Assembly: GCA_020628865.1 (NCBI GenBank)
Contig: JAHDEJ010000001.1
Span: 234,395-298,394, forward strand
Source: Acidimicrobiales bacterium
GTDB lineage: Bacteria > Actinomycetota > Acidimicrobiia > Acidimicrobiales > SHLQ01
Reading direction: 5' to 3'
DNA length: 64,000 nt
In this document: positions 17,286 through 26,569 of the stretch, in pieces
Layout of the letters: the number at the start of each line of letters is the position of its first letter
How positions within the stretch are numbered: position 1 is the stretch's first letter
Notes under the pieces: generated by a model
Database searches by the model: none
Told to the model about the DNA's origin: nothing
The model's input: the letters and a program-made list of their open reading frames with translations, nothing else
Made by a program: the position numbers and the translations under genes

Positions 17286-17848
17286 TGGCCCATCTCCTGT
17301 TGCCGACGAGGTGCGTGTGTGTCGGCCAACTGCACCGAGAGCGCATCGAGCGCCCGGGAGGTGCGGCTCTTGACGGTCCCGGGGCTGACCTGCAGAACCT
17401 CGGCCGTGGTTTCGACGTTCCAGTCGAAGAAGAAGCGAAGAGTCAGCACCGCTCGATGTTCGTCGGAGAGGGTCGCCAGCGCGTCGTGCAGGTCGGGGTC
17501 GAAGCCCGCCGGGGAAACAACATCTTCCCGTGCGAACCGGGGTGCGTATTCACGATCCCGCTTGCGCCGGCGAAACCGGCTCGTCGCCCAGTTGTAGGCG
17601 ACCCGATACACCCAGCCCTCGGGCGCCGTGTAGCCCGACACCTTCGACCAGCGGCCGACGGCCCGTGTCATCGCTTCGTCCACCGCTTCGGTCGCGAGCG
17701 CACGGTCTCCAAGCGTGACCGTCAGTGCGCGTACGAGCGGCGTGCGATGTGCACGATAGAAGTCGGTGAACGCTACGCCGGTTGCGGCCACGTCGAACGA
17801 CTCGGTTCCCGTCCGCGACGGGACGCCGGGCGTTGCCATGACGAACAT
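17282..17848 (-). CDS. ECF-type RNA polymerase sigma factor (second copy)
   Basis: FTDFYRAHRTPLVRAL...WVYRVAYNWATSRFRRR...LSDEHRAVLTLRFFFDWNVETTAEVLQVSPGTVKSRTSRA. Start set at ATG 17848 (ATG 17839 is an alternative), because the 17944 start would overlap the divergent LLM gene. Confidence 0.8.
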   Translation of the reverse strand: MFVMATPGVPSRTGTESFDVAATGVAFTDFYRAHRTPLVRALTVTLGDRALATEAVDEAMTRAVGRWSKVSGYTAPEGWVYRVAYNWATSRFRRRKRDREYAPRFAREDVVSPAGFDPDLHDALATLSDEHRAVLTLRFFFDWNVETTAEVLQVSPGTVKSRTSRALDALSVQLADTHAPRRQQEMGQ

Positions 17849-17931
17849 TGTGGTGTGCACAACAACCACACGCCCGACATCCCTGGCCGGTTCCCGATTT
17901 TCTGGGGATCTGCGGCTCGTAGACTCGTGCG

Positions 17932-18858
17932 ATGCCCGCACCATTTCGCTTCAGCGCATCCCTGGCCGGAACACCGGCCGATCAGTTGGCCGACACCGCT
18001 CGCCGGGCTGAGGAGCTCGGGTTCAGCACCGTCACGTTGTCCGACCACTTCACCGAGCAACCGGCCCCGCTTATCGGCCTGATGGCGGCGGCCGCAGCCA
18101 CCTCCACGCTGCGGGTCCTTCCACTCGTGCTCGCCAACGACTACCGAAACCCGATCGTCGTTGCGCAGGAGCTCGCCACACTCGATGCGCTGTCCGGCGG
18201 AAGGCTCGAGCTCGGCATCGGCGCCGGCTGGATGACGACGGATTACGAACTGTCGGCCATACCGCTGGATTCGCCGGGGACCCGAATCGATCGCCTGCGG
18301 GAGTCGGTCGACATCCTGATGGACCTCTTGCGAACCGGTCACGTTGACCATGCCGGAACGCACTACACGATCTCGGGAGACCGACCGGGCCCGGCGCCAG
18401 TGCAGTCACACATTCCCCTCCTCTTGGCCGGGGGCAAGCCGAAGATGCTTCGGCTCGCCGGTGAGAAGGCCGACATCGTCGGCATCAACCCGGCGTTGAC
18501 CGCCGGAGTGATCGACGAGCGAGCGGGCCGGAACGCCACGCTCGAAGAGACAGACCGCAAGATCGAGTGGGTTCGTGAGGGTGCCGGCGACCGGTTCGAC
18601 ACACTCGAACTCCAGACCCGAATTCACCTTGCGATGATCACGGACGACCGCGAGAAGGTCGCCGCAGAGATGGCACCGCTGCTCGGTATCAGCGCAGAAG
18701 AGGCGCTCGCGTCACCCCACGCCCTCGTCGGATCTGCGCAGCAGTGCGTCGACGAAGTCCAGCGCTGGCGAGATCGATGGGGCCTCAGTTACGTGTCCAT
18801 CAATGCGGAAAACATGGAGGAGTTCGCCCCCGTCGTCGAGGCGCTCACTGGGCGCTGA
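17932..18858 (+). CDS. Luciferase-like monooxygenase family, probable F420-dependent oxidoreductase
   Basis: FRFSASL...AEELGFSTVTLSDHF...LELGIGAGW is typical of the LLM class F420-dependent family. Confidence 0.75.
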   Translation: MPAPFRFSASLAGTPADQLADTARRAEELGFSTVTLSDHFTEQPAPLIGLMAAAAATSTLRVLPLVLANDYRNPIVVAQELATLDALSGGRLELGIGAGWMTTDYELSAIPLDSPGTRIDRLRESVDILMDLLRTGHVDHAGTHYTISGDRPGPAPVQSHIPLLLAGGKPKMLRLAGEKADIVGINPALTAGVIDERAGRNATLEETDRKIEWVREGAGDRFDTLELQTRIHLAMITDDREKVAAEMAPLLGISAEEALASPHALVGSAQQCVDEVQRWRDRWGLSYVSINAENMEEFAPVVEALTGR

Positions 18859-19024
18859 TTCCTCGATCGGGTCGTCGGCCTCGACGGCTCGTTGCAAAAG
18901 GTTGAGTTTCATCTGGCGGGATGGCTCCGATTGGCAGGCGGGACGCGGCGGTCTCGACGGAGAACGGTGACGGGTCAATCAACCTTGAGCGGAGGATGGG
19001 CGAATGGGCCGTTCGGCCCAGTCG

Positions 19025-19753
19025 TCAGGAACCCACCGACCGGATCGCATCCATCAGAGCGGCGGTCGTGGGTGCTGAGGCCGTGATCACGCGGAACCCA
19101 TGAGATTCGGCGGAAGCGGCGGTCACGGCGCCGATGCAGACGGCGTGGACCGGGGTGAAGCCGACCAGGCCGACGTGCCGGTCCACGGCCGATGGCGAGG
19201 CGAACACGACCACGTCGGACTCCGCGGCAAGTGCGACCACGTCGGCATCGTGGTCCGGCTGCACGTTCTCGTATGCGATGACCGTGTCGACTGGCCAGCC
19301 TGCCTTCCGCAACCCTTCGGCGAGCGTGGGGCGGGCTGCGTCACCCTGGGCAATCAGCACTCGGGCGGCTTCCTCAGGTGGCGGGAACGCTTCGACCATT
19401 CCCGCCGACGACGGATCGGCGGGAACGAGGTCTGGCGCCCATCCGGCGTCGAGGAAGACCGAGGCGGTACCTGCCGCAATCACCGCCAGTCGGCTACGCG
19501 GCTCCGGGGGTCCGGCACCCAGCACCCGGCGGGCACCGTTCGGCGAGGTGACGGCCAACCAGTCCTGTGGCTGCAGCCGGCGCAATGCGTCGCTGAGCTC
19601 CTGCAATCCGTCGACGGGGTCCCGCAGTTCGAGGAGTGGGAGCACGACCGGCGTGCCGCCCGCCGCCACAACCGCGGCGACCAACGGCGCCCCCTGATCG
19701 ATCGCCCGGGTCACCACGACCCGAAGGCCGGAGAGATCGCCCGTCGCGGTCAC
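19025..19753 (-). CDS. hemD: Uroporphyrinogen-III synthase
   Basis: LSGLRVVVTRA...PLLE HemD-type N-terminus. The start overlaps the hemC stop by 4 nt, within a hemA-hemC-hemD gene order. Confidence 0.75.
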   Translation of the reverse strand: MTATGDLSGLRVVVTRAIDQGAPLVAAVVAAGGTPVVLPLLELRDPVDGLQELSDALRRLQPQDWLAVTSPNGARRVLGAGPPEPRSRLAVIAAGTASVFLDAGWAPDLVPADPSSAGMVEAFPPPEEAARVLIAQGDAARPTLAEGLRKAGWPVDTVIAYENVQPDHDADVVALAAESDVVVFASPSAVDRHVGLVGFTPVHAVCIGAVTAASAESHGFRVITASAPTTAALMDAIRSVGS

Positions 19754-20628
19754 GAGCCGACGAGACCCCGGAGAACGCGAGCGGCTTCAAGGCCGAGGGC
19801 GACACCATCGGGCCCGGCCAACTGCACGCGCTCGACCCGGTCGCCGGACTCGTTGGCGAGCACCGCTCGGAAGCCAAGATCGCTGCCGCCGGCGCCAAGC
19901 TGTGCGTGTGCCCCGGCGGGCAGGTCGCAGTCGCCACCGAGCTCGATGAGGAAGGCCCGCTCCGCGTCGAGAAGCCGCCGCGCCACCTCGTCCTCGATGG
20001 TGCGGACGATGGCGGTGATCTCGGGAGCATCGGCCCGGGTTTCGATCGCCAGGGACCCCTGGCCGACCTGCGGAATCATCTGGTCTGCCTCGAGCCGTTG
20101 CTCGACCTCAGGCGTACGGTCGAGACGGTCGAGCGCGGCCGCCGCCATGATGACTGCGTCGAGCGAGTCCAACCGGGCGAGCCGTGTATCAATGTTGCCG
20201 CGGAGTTCCTCGAACACCAGGTCCGGGCGAAGCTGTTGCAGCTGCACCTTGCGCCGGACCGAACCGGTTCCGACGACGGCACCCTCGGCGAGCGTGTCGA
20301 GCGTGGCCCCGACCAGGGCGTCGCGGGCATCAGCCCGCTCCGGCACGGCGGCCACGACCAAACCGTCGGGAGTGAGTGCGGGAAGGTCCTTTGCGGAGTG
20401 CACGGCGAGATCCGCTCGGCCGTCCAGCACCGCCGCCTGCACTTCCTTGACGAAGACACCCTTGCCGCCCATCGCATGGATCGGCGTCGTCTTGTCACGG
20501 TCACCCGAAGTGGACACCGTGATGATCTCCACGTCCTCCACCACACCTGCGGCGATCAACCGATCGCGCACATGGTTGGTCTGCCAGAGTGCGAGCGCAC
20601 TCCCCCGGGTCGCGGCACGCAGGATCAT
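19750..20628 (-). CDS. hemC: Hydroxymethylbilane synthase (porphobilinogen deaminase)
   Basis: ILRAATRGSALALWQTNHV, RGNIDTRL and the IELGGDCDLPAGAHA dipyrromethane-cofactor Cys region. Confidence 0.92.
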   Translation of the reverse strand: MILRAATRGSALALWQTNHVRDRLIAAGVVEDVEIITVSTSGDRDKTTPIHAMGGKGVFVKEVQAAVLDGRADLAVHSAKDLPALTPDGLVVAAVPERADARDALVGATLDTLAEGAVVGTGSVRRKVQLQQLRPDLVFEELRGNIDTRLARLDSLDAVIMAAAALDRLDRTPEVEQRLEADQMIPQVGQGSLAIETRADAPEITAIVRTIEDEVARRLLDAERAFLIELGGDCDLPAGAHAQLGAGGSDLGFRAVLANESGDRVERVQLAGPDGVALGLEAARVLRGLVGS

Positions 20629-20656
20629 GCCAACAGCCTAGGAGCGTGACGACGCG

Positions 20657-21913
20657 TCAGCTGTCGAGGTCGACGTCGAAGAGCTCACGGAGCGCTTCGG
20701 CCAGACGCTCACCGCGGGGCGTGCCGGCGGCTTCGCGCAGCTCGGCCATCGGGGCGTGCAGCAGCTTGTTCATGATCGCCCGCGTCGCTGCATCGACCTG
20801 ATCGCCATCGGCGACCGTGGCGCCAAGGCGAGCCACCTCGGCCTGCCGGAGCTCTTCGACCTGACGGCGAAAGGCGGCGACCAGCGGCTCGACCTGACGA
20901 CCGGCGACTGCGGCCTTGAATCGAGCGACTTCATCGTCGATCACCGCCCGGACGGCAGCGATCTCGTTGCGGCGTTCGGCCCGGCCGGCCTCGGCGAAGG
21001 CCGTGAGATCCTCCATGTCGAGGAGGGTCACGCCGTCGATGTCGGCGCACGCCGGGTCGACGTCGCGGGGAACGGCGATGTCGACGATCAGCAACGGACG
21101 ATCCGGACGATCCGCCATGACGTCGACGAGGGCGTCGTGTTCGATCATGAGCGAGTTTGCGCCGGTGCCGGTCAGCAGCACGTCGACGTTTGCGATCGTG
21201 TTCGAGAGCTCCGACAGCGGGGCGACCACGCCACCGACCCGTTCGGCGAGGCCCTGGGCCCGCTCGACGGTGCGGTTGCTGATCACGATCTCACGGGTGC
21301 CGGCGTCGCGGAGCGAGACGGTCATACCTTCGCTCATCTCACCGGCGCCGAGGACGCAGATGGCTCGACCCTCGAGCGTGCCGAGGTTTGCGGTGGCCAT
21401 GGCGACTGCGGCGCGCGAGACCGAGGTGATGTTGCGGGCGATCCCGGTGTTCGCCCGTACCTTGCGGCCGGCGGTGCAGGAGGCCGTGAAGAGGTCGGTG
21501 AGGCCGACGCCGCACGCGTCGTTGTCCTGGGACTGCTCGAACGCCCGGCGCACCTGGCCGAGGATCTCGGTTTCGCCGAGCACAGCCGAGTCCAAGCCGC
21601 AGGTCACCGAGAAGAGGTGGCGGGCGGCATCGTCGTCGTAGTGGGCGTAGAGGTGCTCGGCGAAGGCATCGAGCGGGAGGCCCGAGTGGCGGGAGAGCAC
21701 GTCGCGGATGTCGCCGAACGCCGGATGAAAGCGTTCCGCCCGGGCGTAGATCTCGGTCCGGTTGCACGTGGACACGACCACGGCCTCGGACACATCCGGG
21801 GATGCGGTGAGGTCGGTGAGGACCTTCGGAAGCTCGTCGTCGCTGATGGACATCTGCTCGAGAACATCGAGCGGCACCGATCGGTGGTTCAAGCCTATGA
21901 CGACAACGGACAT
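20657..21913 (-). CDS. hemA: Glutamyl-tRNA reductase
   Basis: VIGLNHRSVPLDVLE, the STCNRTEIY catalytic Cys motif, and the GAGEM NADPH-binding site. Confidence 0.92.
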   Translation of the reverse strand: MSVVVIGLNHRSVPLDVLEQMSISDDELPKVLTDLTASPDVSEAVVVSTCNRTEIYARAERFHPAFGDIRDVLSRHSGLPLDAFAEHLYAHYDDDAARHLFSVTCGLDSAVLGETEILGQVRRAFEQSQDNDACGVGLTDLFTASCTAGRKVRANTGIARNITSVSRAAVAMATANLGTLEGRAICVLGAGEMSEGMTVSLRDAGTREIVISNRTVERAQGLAERVGGVVAPLSELSNTIANVDVLLTGTGANSLMIEHDALVDVMADRPDRPLLIVDIAVPRDVDPACADIDGVTLLDMEDLTAFAEAGRAERRNEIAAVRAVIDDEVARFKAAVAGRQVEPLVAAFRRQVEELRQAEVARLGATVADGDQVDAATRAIMNKLLHAPMAELREAAGTPRGERLAEALRELFDVDLDS

Positions 21914-22031
21914 CGCTTCTCAGTCTCTCGGAAATGTGAGCGGATGGCCACCCTTGCCGGGGTCATTTTTCGCTCTTCTCAACAATGGTGTGTCAATCGA
22001 AACCGGGCCAAGCCCCAGAGGCTTCCCGTTT

Positions 22032-22047
22032 CGTGACGTTCTTCACG
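22032..22047. promoter_or_regulatory. Weak Rex-box-like inverted repeat (CGTGA-N6-TCACG) between rex and hemA
   Basis: cgtgacgttcttcacg has perfect 5-bp arms with the GTGA-N6-TCAC spacing of Rex operators (consensus TTGTGAA-N4-TTCACAA). Confidence 0.25.
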
Positions 22048-22082
22048 CGAATTTGGCGCTTCTGGCGCCGAGCGGCGGCCGT

Positions 22083-22736
22083 TCAGGCGCTGCGGCCGTC
22101 CTCGACCGACCCTCGCTGCTGGTAGTAGCTGAGGATCTGCAGCTCCGTGGCGAGGTCCACCTTGCGCAGCGGGATCTCCGGCGGGACCGAGATGATGGTG
22201 GGAGCGAAGTTCAGAATGGAACGGATGCCGGCCTCGACCATCCGATCGGCGACCCGTTGCGCCGCCCAGGCAGGCGTGGCAATGATGCCGACGCTGAGCC
22301 CACGCTCCTGGACCAGCCGGGGAAGGTCATCGAGGTGGTCGACCCGGATCCCGTCGAACTCGGTTCCGATCTTCTCCGGGTCCGAATCGATGAACGCGGT
22401 GATCGGGAAACCGCGGCTCTCGAACCCGCCGTAGCGGGCCAGCGCCTGACCGAGGTTGCCCATACCGACGATGACGACGGGGGCATCGACATCCAGGCCG
22501 AGCGCCTCGCCGACCTGGCGAAGCAGGTATTCGACGTCGTAGCCGACGCCGCGCACGCCGTAGCTGCCCAGGTGCGACAGATCCTTTCGCACCTTGGCCG
22601 CATTCACCCCAGCCAACTCGGCAAGCCGGGCAGAACTCACGGTCGACTCGCCCTTGCTGGCGAGCTCCACGAGGGACCGCCGGTACAGGGGAAGACGGGA
22701 GACCGTTGCCTCTGGTATGTCCCGTTCGATCGCCAC
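22083..22736 (-). CDS. rex: Redox-sensing transcriptional repressor Rex
   Basis: IPEATVSRLPLYRRSL, GSYGVRGVGYDVEYL and Rossmann motif VVIVGMGNLG. Start placed at GTG 22736 because the track start (GTG 22760) lies inside the Rex-box. Either start is possible. Confidence 0.88.
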   Translation of the reverse strand: MAIERDIPEATVSRLPLYRRSLVELASKGESTVSSARLAELAGVNAAKVRKDLSHLGSYGVRGVGYDVEYLLRQVGEALGLDVDAPVVIVGMGNLGQALARYGGFESRGFPITAFIDSDPEKIGTEFDGIRVDHLDDLPRLVQERGLSVGIIATPAWAAQRVADRMVEAGIRSILNFAPTIISVPPEIPLRKVDLATELQILSYYQQRGSVEDGRSA

Positions 22737-22752
22737 AGTGCCACCGTACCGC

Positions 22753-22770
22753 TTGTGCACCGATTCACGA
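22753..22770. promoter_or_regulatory. Rex operator (ROP)-like site at the 5' end of rex
   Basis: TTGTGCACCGATTCACGA matches the consensus TTGTGAA-N4-TTCACAA at 12 of 14 specified positions. Its position is consistent with autoregulation of a rex-hemACD operon. Confidence 0.5.
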
Positions 22771-22956
22771 AGTGCACAGGGTCAGATGGCCCACCGGTCC
22801 CGGGCTGGCAGCACTGGGACGACTGAGTCGAACACGCCACGCACCGCACATTCGATGAGCACACATGACCACTCAAGGTGGTCAACTTTGCAGGCCGATG
22901 ATTATTGAGCACGCCAGGCCGGACCATCCGGCCCACCCCTGACCGGGAAGTTCTCA

Positions 22957-23697
22957 ATGTCTCCACTCCACCACCCCGCCACAACACGACGAGCACCACT
23001 GCCAATGGCTGTGCTCGCCGCGTTCTCCCTGGTGGTTGCCCTCCTCGCCACGGCGGGAGCTGCGACGGCGTCGCCGAGCGAGGAGTCCGCCTTCGTCGCC
23101 GGCGTGAACCAGGCTCGGGCCGCCGCCGGACTGCCCGCACTCCAGGTGGACACCGAACTGATCAGTCTCGCCCGAGGCTGGACGAATCAGATGAAGGACG
23201 GCGTGTGTGGTGCGGACAAGCACATCTGTCACGCAAGCCCGATCAGCGCCGGCCTCACCCAGGACTGGGCGAAGCTCGGTGAGAACGTGGGTACCGGACC
23301 CGATGTCGACTCGGTCATGGACGCATTCATCGCGTCGCCCGGCCACTACGCCAACATCGTCGATCCGGAGTTCACCCACATCGGCGTCGGCGTCATCCGG
23401 GATCCGGACAACCCCGCCCGCCTCTACACCACCCATCGATTCATGAAGCTGCAGAACGCTCCCGAGCCGGAGCCGCAGCCAGAACCGGAAGCCGAGCCGG
23501 TCGAGCCACCGGACGCTCCGGCAACGGAGCCGGAACCCACGCCGACGCCGCTCAATGCCCCTGCAGAAGACCCGGCGGACACCGCTGACTCGGACACTGC
23601 CGATGCGCCCGCCGCACCCGAGCCTGCGTCCTCACCCCCACCGGTGACGCTCGAGCGAGCGGAGGTCGTGGTCCGCGCCCTCAGCCGGATGGACTGA
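22957..23697 (+). CDS. Secreted CAP/SCP/PR-1 domain protein with Pro/Glu-rich tail
   Basis: Signal peptide and CAP motifs VNQARAAAGLPAL, SPGHYANIVDPEFTHIGVGV, then PEPEPQPEPEAEP low-complexity sequence. Confidence 0.7.
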   Translation: MSPLHHPATTRRAPLPMAVLAAFSLVVALLATAGAATASPSEESAFVAGVNQARAAAGLPALQVDTELISLARGWTNQMKDGVCGADKHICHASPISAGLTQDWAKLGENVGTGPDVDSVMDAFIASPGHYANIVDPEFTHIGVGVIRDPDNPARLYTTHRFMKLQNAPEPEPQPEPEAEPVEPPDAPATEPEPTPTPLNAPAEDPADTADSDTADAPAAPEPASSPPPVTLERAEVVVRALSRMD

Positions 23698-23700
23698 CGC

Positions 23701-23790
23701 TCAGTTCGCGAGCAGCACGAACTGCAGCATCGCCGCACCGACGATGGCGAGCAACAGGATGATGATCGTGATGGTGATCTTGGGCCGCAT
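23701..23790 (-). CDS. Possible 29-aa hydrophobic micro-protein (MRPKITITIIILLLAIVGAAMLQFVLLAN)
   Basis: ATG lies 2 nt after the stop of the upstream gene (23793). The ORF encodes one predicted TM helix. It is not in the ORF track because of its size, and there is no homology evidence. Confidence 0.25.
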   Translation of the reverse strand: MRPKITITIIILLLAIVGAAMLQFVLLAN

Positions 23791-23792
23791 GA

Positions 23793-24644
23793 TTACTCCG
23801 ATCGTCCCAGCGTGACGGGCGTCGAGAACCCGGAGGGGCCATCGAGCCGTTCGATTCGCAGCTCGTCATTGGGAGAGATGCCGAGCGTCGCCGCCGCGGA
23901 CCCGCCGTTGACGGCCAGCGACACCAGGCCGCTCGAGTCGACGACGGCGCCGACCTCGTTGGTGCCGATCTCGCGGTAGGCGCGCCGCATTGCAATCGTC
24001 TGGCGGCGGTCGGCGACGACGAGGGTGAATGGATCGCCCCAATCAGCCAGGTCGTCGGGGCTGATGTTGAGCTGGACGTTGCCGTACTGATCGATCCAGA
24101 GCGCCTCCATGACGAGCGCTCCGTCCTCGACGCCGATGATCGGCAGCAGACCCGGCATCAGCGTGGCCGGGTCGATGAGCGGCCCGAACTCGGTGAGGTC
24201 GACGCCCATCGCCAAGTGTGCGGCTGCCGGAGCGAAGACATCGCGTCCATCGAACGTCGACCCGATGCGGGGCAGCTGATGATCGGTACTCGTGAGCTCG
24301 ACCGCCCTGGAGGCGCCACCGACCATGGCCACCGCCGAGGCGAGGAGACCGTTGTCCGGGCCGACCAGCACGGACACGCCGTCGCCGACCTCGACCGCAA
24401 CGGCGCGGCGATCGGTCCCCACACCGGGATCCACCACGGCAAGGACGACACCCGGGCAGAGGTATTCGACCGAGCGGGCGAGGGCCAGGGCGCCGGCCCG
24501 AACGTCGTGCGGGCGGATGCCGTGCGTGAGATCGACGACGGCGACCTCCGGTGCGATCGAGCGGATCACCGAGTGCACGACGCCCACGAATTCGTCCTGG
24601 TGGCCGAAGTCGCTCAGGAACGTGATGGTCGAATGATGAGGCAC
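23793..24644 (-). CDS. SAM hydroxide adenosyltransferase / chlorinase-fluorinase family (DUF62) protein
   Basis: ITFLSDFGHQDEFVGVVHSVI...VVDLTH...VVDPGVGT, the hallmark N-terminal motifs of the SAM hydrolase (SalL/FlA-like) family. Confidence 0.8.
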   Translation of the reverse strand: MPHHSTITFLSDFGHQDEFVGVVHSVIRSIAPEVAVVDLTHGIRPHDVRAGALALARSVEYLCPGVVLAVVDPGVGTDRRAVAVEVGDGVSVLVGPDNGLLASAVAMVGGASRAVELTSTDHQLPRIGSTFDGRDVFAPAAAHLAMGVDLTEFGPLIDPATLMPGLLPIIGVEDGALVMEALWIDQYGNVQLNISPDDLADWGDPFTLVVADRRQTIAMRRAYREIGTNEVGAVVDSSGLVSLAVNGGSAAATLGISPNDELRIERLDGPSGFSTPVTLGRSE

Positions 24645-24705
24645 GGCGTCAGGCTACCGGCATCGCCGGTGGCGCTCCGCCCCCACCGGGCCCGAGCACA
24701 AAAAG

Positions 24706-24743
24706 CATCGAGGACCGGATGCCGAAGCACCCGGTCCTCGATG
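24706..24743 (-). terminator. Intrinsic terminator downstream of the HTH gene
   Basis: Perfect 13-bp stem catcgaggaccgg / ccggtcctcgatg, followed on the minus strand by CTTTTTGTG. Confidence 0.6.
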
Positions 24744-24774
24744 AAGAGCGCCAGTGGGTTGCGCCGTCGCCGTC

Positions 24775-24969
24775 TCAGCCAGCCTCGGTGTATCGATCAC
24801 CCAGGTAGCGGTCGACGTCGTCGGGACGCAGCCGGTACGACCGGCCCACTCGAACGGCAGAGAGTTCCCCCGCCTTGATCAGTCGGTACACCGTCATGGT
24901 GGACACTCGCATCAGTTGTGCCACTTCTGCGACTGTCATGAAGTGTCGACGTTCGTCGAATTGACCCAC
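24775..24969 (-). CDS. Small excisionase/MerR-like helix-turn-helix DNA-binding protein (conserved proC neighbour in actinobacteria)
   Basis: GQFDERRHFMTVAEVAQLMRVSTMTVYRLIKAGELSAVRVGRSYRL. GTG 24969 has GGAGAAGGGG upstream; ATG 24939 is an alternative. From memory, the same small HTH gene sits next to proC in mycobacteria. Confidence 0.7.
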   Translation of the reverse strand: MGQFDERRHFMTVAEVAQLMRVSTMTVYRLIKAGELSAVRVGRSYRLRPDDVDRYLGDRYTEAG

Positions 24970-25119
24970 GTTGGTTAGCCCCTTCTCCGCTTGCAGAGGG
25001 AGACCATATTCGGTCCAGAGCAGAACGCAAATGCGGACATGAAAAAGCCACACGGATCGCGCAGCGGGCGCGAATGAGCGCGCGGAACGCCGCACTTTCC
25101 GCGTTCTTTCGGCAATTCC

Positions 25120-25905
25120 TCAGCTTGCGCCGAGCTCTCGCGACCGTTCGACGGCCGCGTGAACGACGCGGCCGACGAGCCCGAGGAGGTCGGCCTCGGC
25201 GAAGACGGCAAGGCCCGCTGCCGTCGTGCCGCCGGGCGATGTCACGTTCTCCCGCAGGACGCCGGGATCCTCGCCCGTTTCCACCATCAACGTGGCTGCG
25301 CCAAGAATCGTCTGCCGGGCCAGGGCGTCGGCAACCGCAGGCTCGAGGCCCTCGGCGATGCCGGCGTCGATCAACGCTTCGGCGAGATGGAAGACGTAGG
25401 CCGGGCCTGAACCGCTAAGCCCGGTGACGGCATCCAGGGCGGACTCGTCGAGCCGCACGACGGTTCCCACCGAACCGAGGATCGCCTCGGCCCAGTCCAG
25501 ATCCGCGACGTGCGCCTGGGACCCTGCGGCAATCGCTGACGCACCGGCACCCACGAGCGACGGCGTGTTGGGCATGCACCGCACGACGGCGCTGCTGGGC
25601 GCCGCCGACTCGATGGTGGCGATCGTGACTCCGGCCGCGATCGAGAGAATCCTGCCGACACCGGCTGCCGCGAGCTGCGCGGCCACCTCGGGCACGTACT
25701 GCGGCTTGACAGCGATGATGGCGTCCGTGCCCGTGTGGGGCTCGGTGCCAACCGCAAGGCCGGGATACGTCGCCGCGAGTTCGTCTCGCCGGCCGTCGGC
25801 GGGTTCGACGACGGCCACCTCGTCCGCTGTGGCCCAGCCCGTGTTGAGCACACCGCCGAGCAGCGCCTCACCCATTTTCCCACCACCAACGATCTGCAAT
25901 TTCAT
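25120..25905 (-). CDS. proC: Pyrroline-5-carboxylate reductase
   Basis: MKLQIVGGGKMGEAL Rossmann motif, RCMPNTP, and SPGGTTAAGL. Confidence 0.9.
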   Translation of the reverse strand: MKLQIVGGGKMGEALLGGVLNTGWATADEVAVVEPADGRRDELAATYPGLAVGTEPHTGTDAIIAVKPQYVPEVAAQLAAAGVGRILSIAAGVTIATIESAAPSSAVVRCMPNTPSLVGAGASAIAAGSQAHVADLDWAEAILGSVGTVVRLDESALDAVTGLSGSGPAYVFHLAEALIDAGIAEGLEPAVADALARQTILGAATLMVETGEDPGVLRENVTSPGGTTAAGLAVFAEADLLGLVGRVVHAAVERSRELGAS

Positions 25906-26044
25906 GGGTGGAAGCCTATCCGATCCACCCATGTTGCTTTTCAGTGCATTTCATGTATTCTTTGTTCATCGGGTGCGGTCCGACCGGCATCGGGGAAGTT
26001 GACGGTCGGGCCGTGTTCCCGCCCTCCGCCCGTCCGGCTCCCGC

Positions 26045-26512
26045 TCAGCTCGAGAACCGGCTGGCAAAGCCGAGGCGGATTGCGGCGGTGAAGCTGGCCT
26101 CCACGGTTGCGTGATACGAGCCGAGAATCCGATCGAGCGCTTCGTCGCTGATCGTCCGCAGGTCGTGCTGGCCACGCAGGAAGATCGCCTCCTCTGCGCC
26201 GATGCTGAACGCCACGTCGCGAAGTGCGTTGTTGCGCCGGAGCAGTTGGCTGTAGAACACCGCTTCGTTCTCCTCGGGTGCCGGCATCACGAAGGACTCG
26301 TGCGCGAGCGTGCGCTGCCCGAGCGTGAACCACACCGACCAGACGTCCTTCGCCTCACCCGTGACGCGGACGAACCACCGGTCGAGCTCGCTCTCGTCGT
26401 CCGCCACGACGGCGGCCACCATCGGATGCTCGTCGAGTCCGGCCAACCAGGCGGTCAGGCAATCGAGTGCGGCGTGCCGCTCAACGTCGGAAGGCGGTGC
26501 AAATTCGTCCAT
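26045..26512 (-). CDS. YbjN-like (putative sensory transduction regulator fold) protein
   Basis: Size, sequence pattern and position directly downstream of mshA fit the YbjN-family gene found there in mycobacteria (recollection, not searched). Start at ATG 26512. Confidence 0.45.
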   Translation of the reverse strand: MDEFAPPSDVERHAALDCLTAWLAGLDEHPMVAAVVADDESELDRWFVRVTGEAKDVWSVWFTLGQRTLAHESFVMPAPEENEAVFYSQLLRRNNALRDVAFSIGAEEAIFLRGQHDLRTISDEALDRILGSYHATVEASFTAAIRLGFASRFSS

Positions 26513-26569
26513 CAAGAAAGTGTACGGACGGCCAAGATCCCAAGGGTGCACGAGCGCCCAACCGCATAC

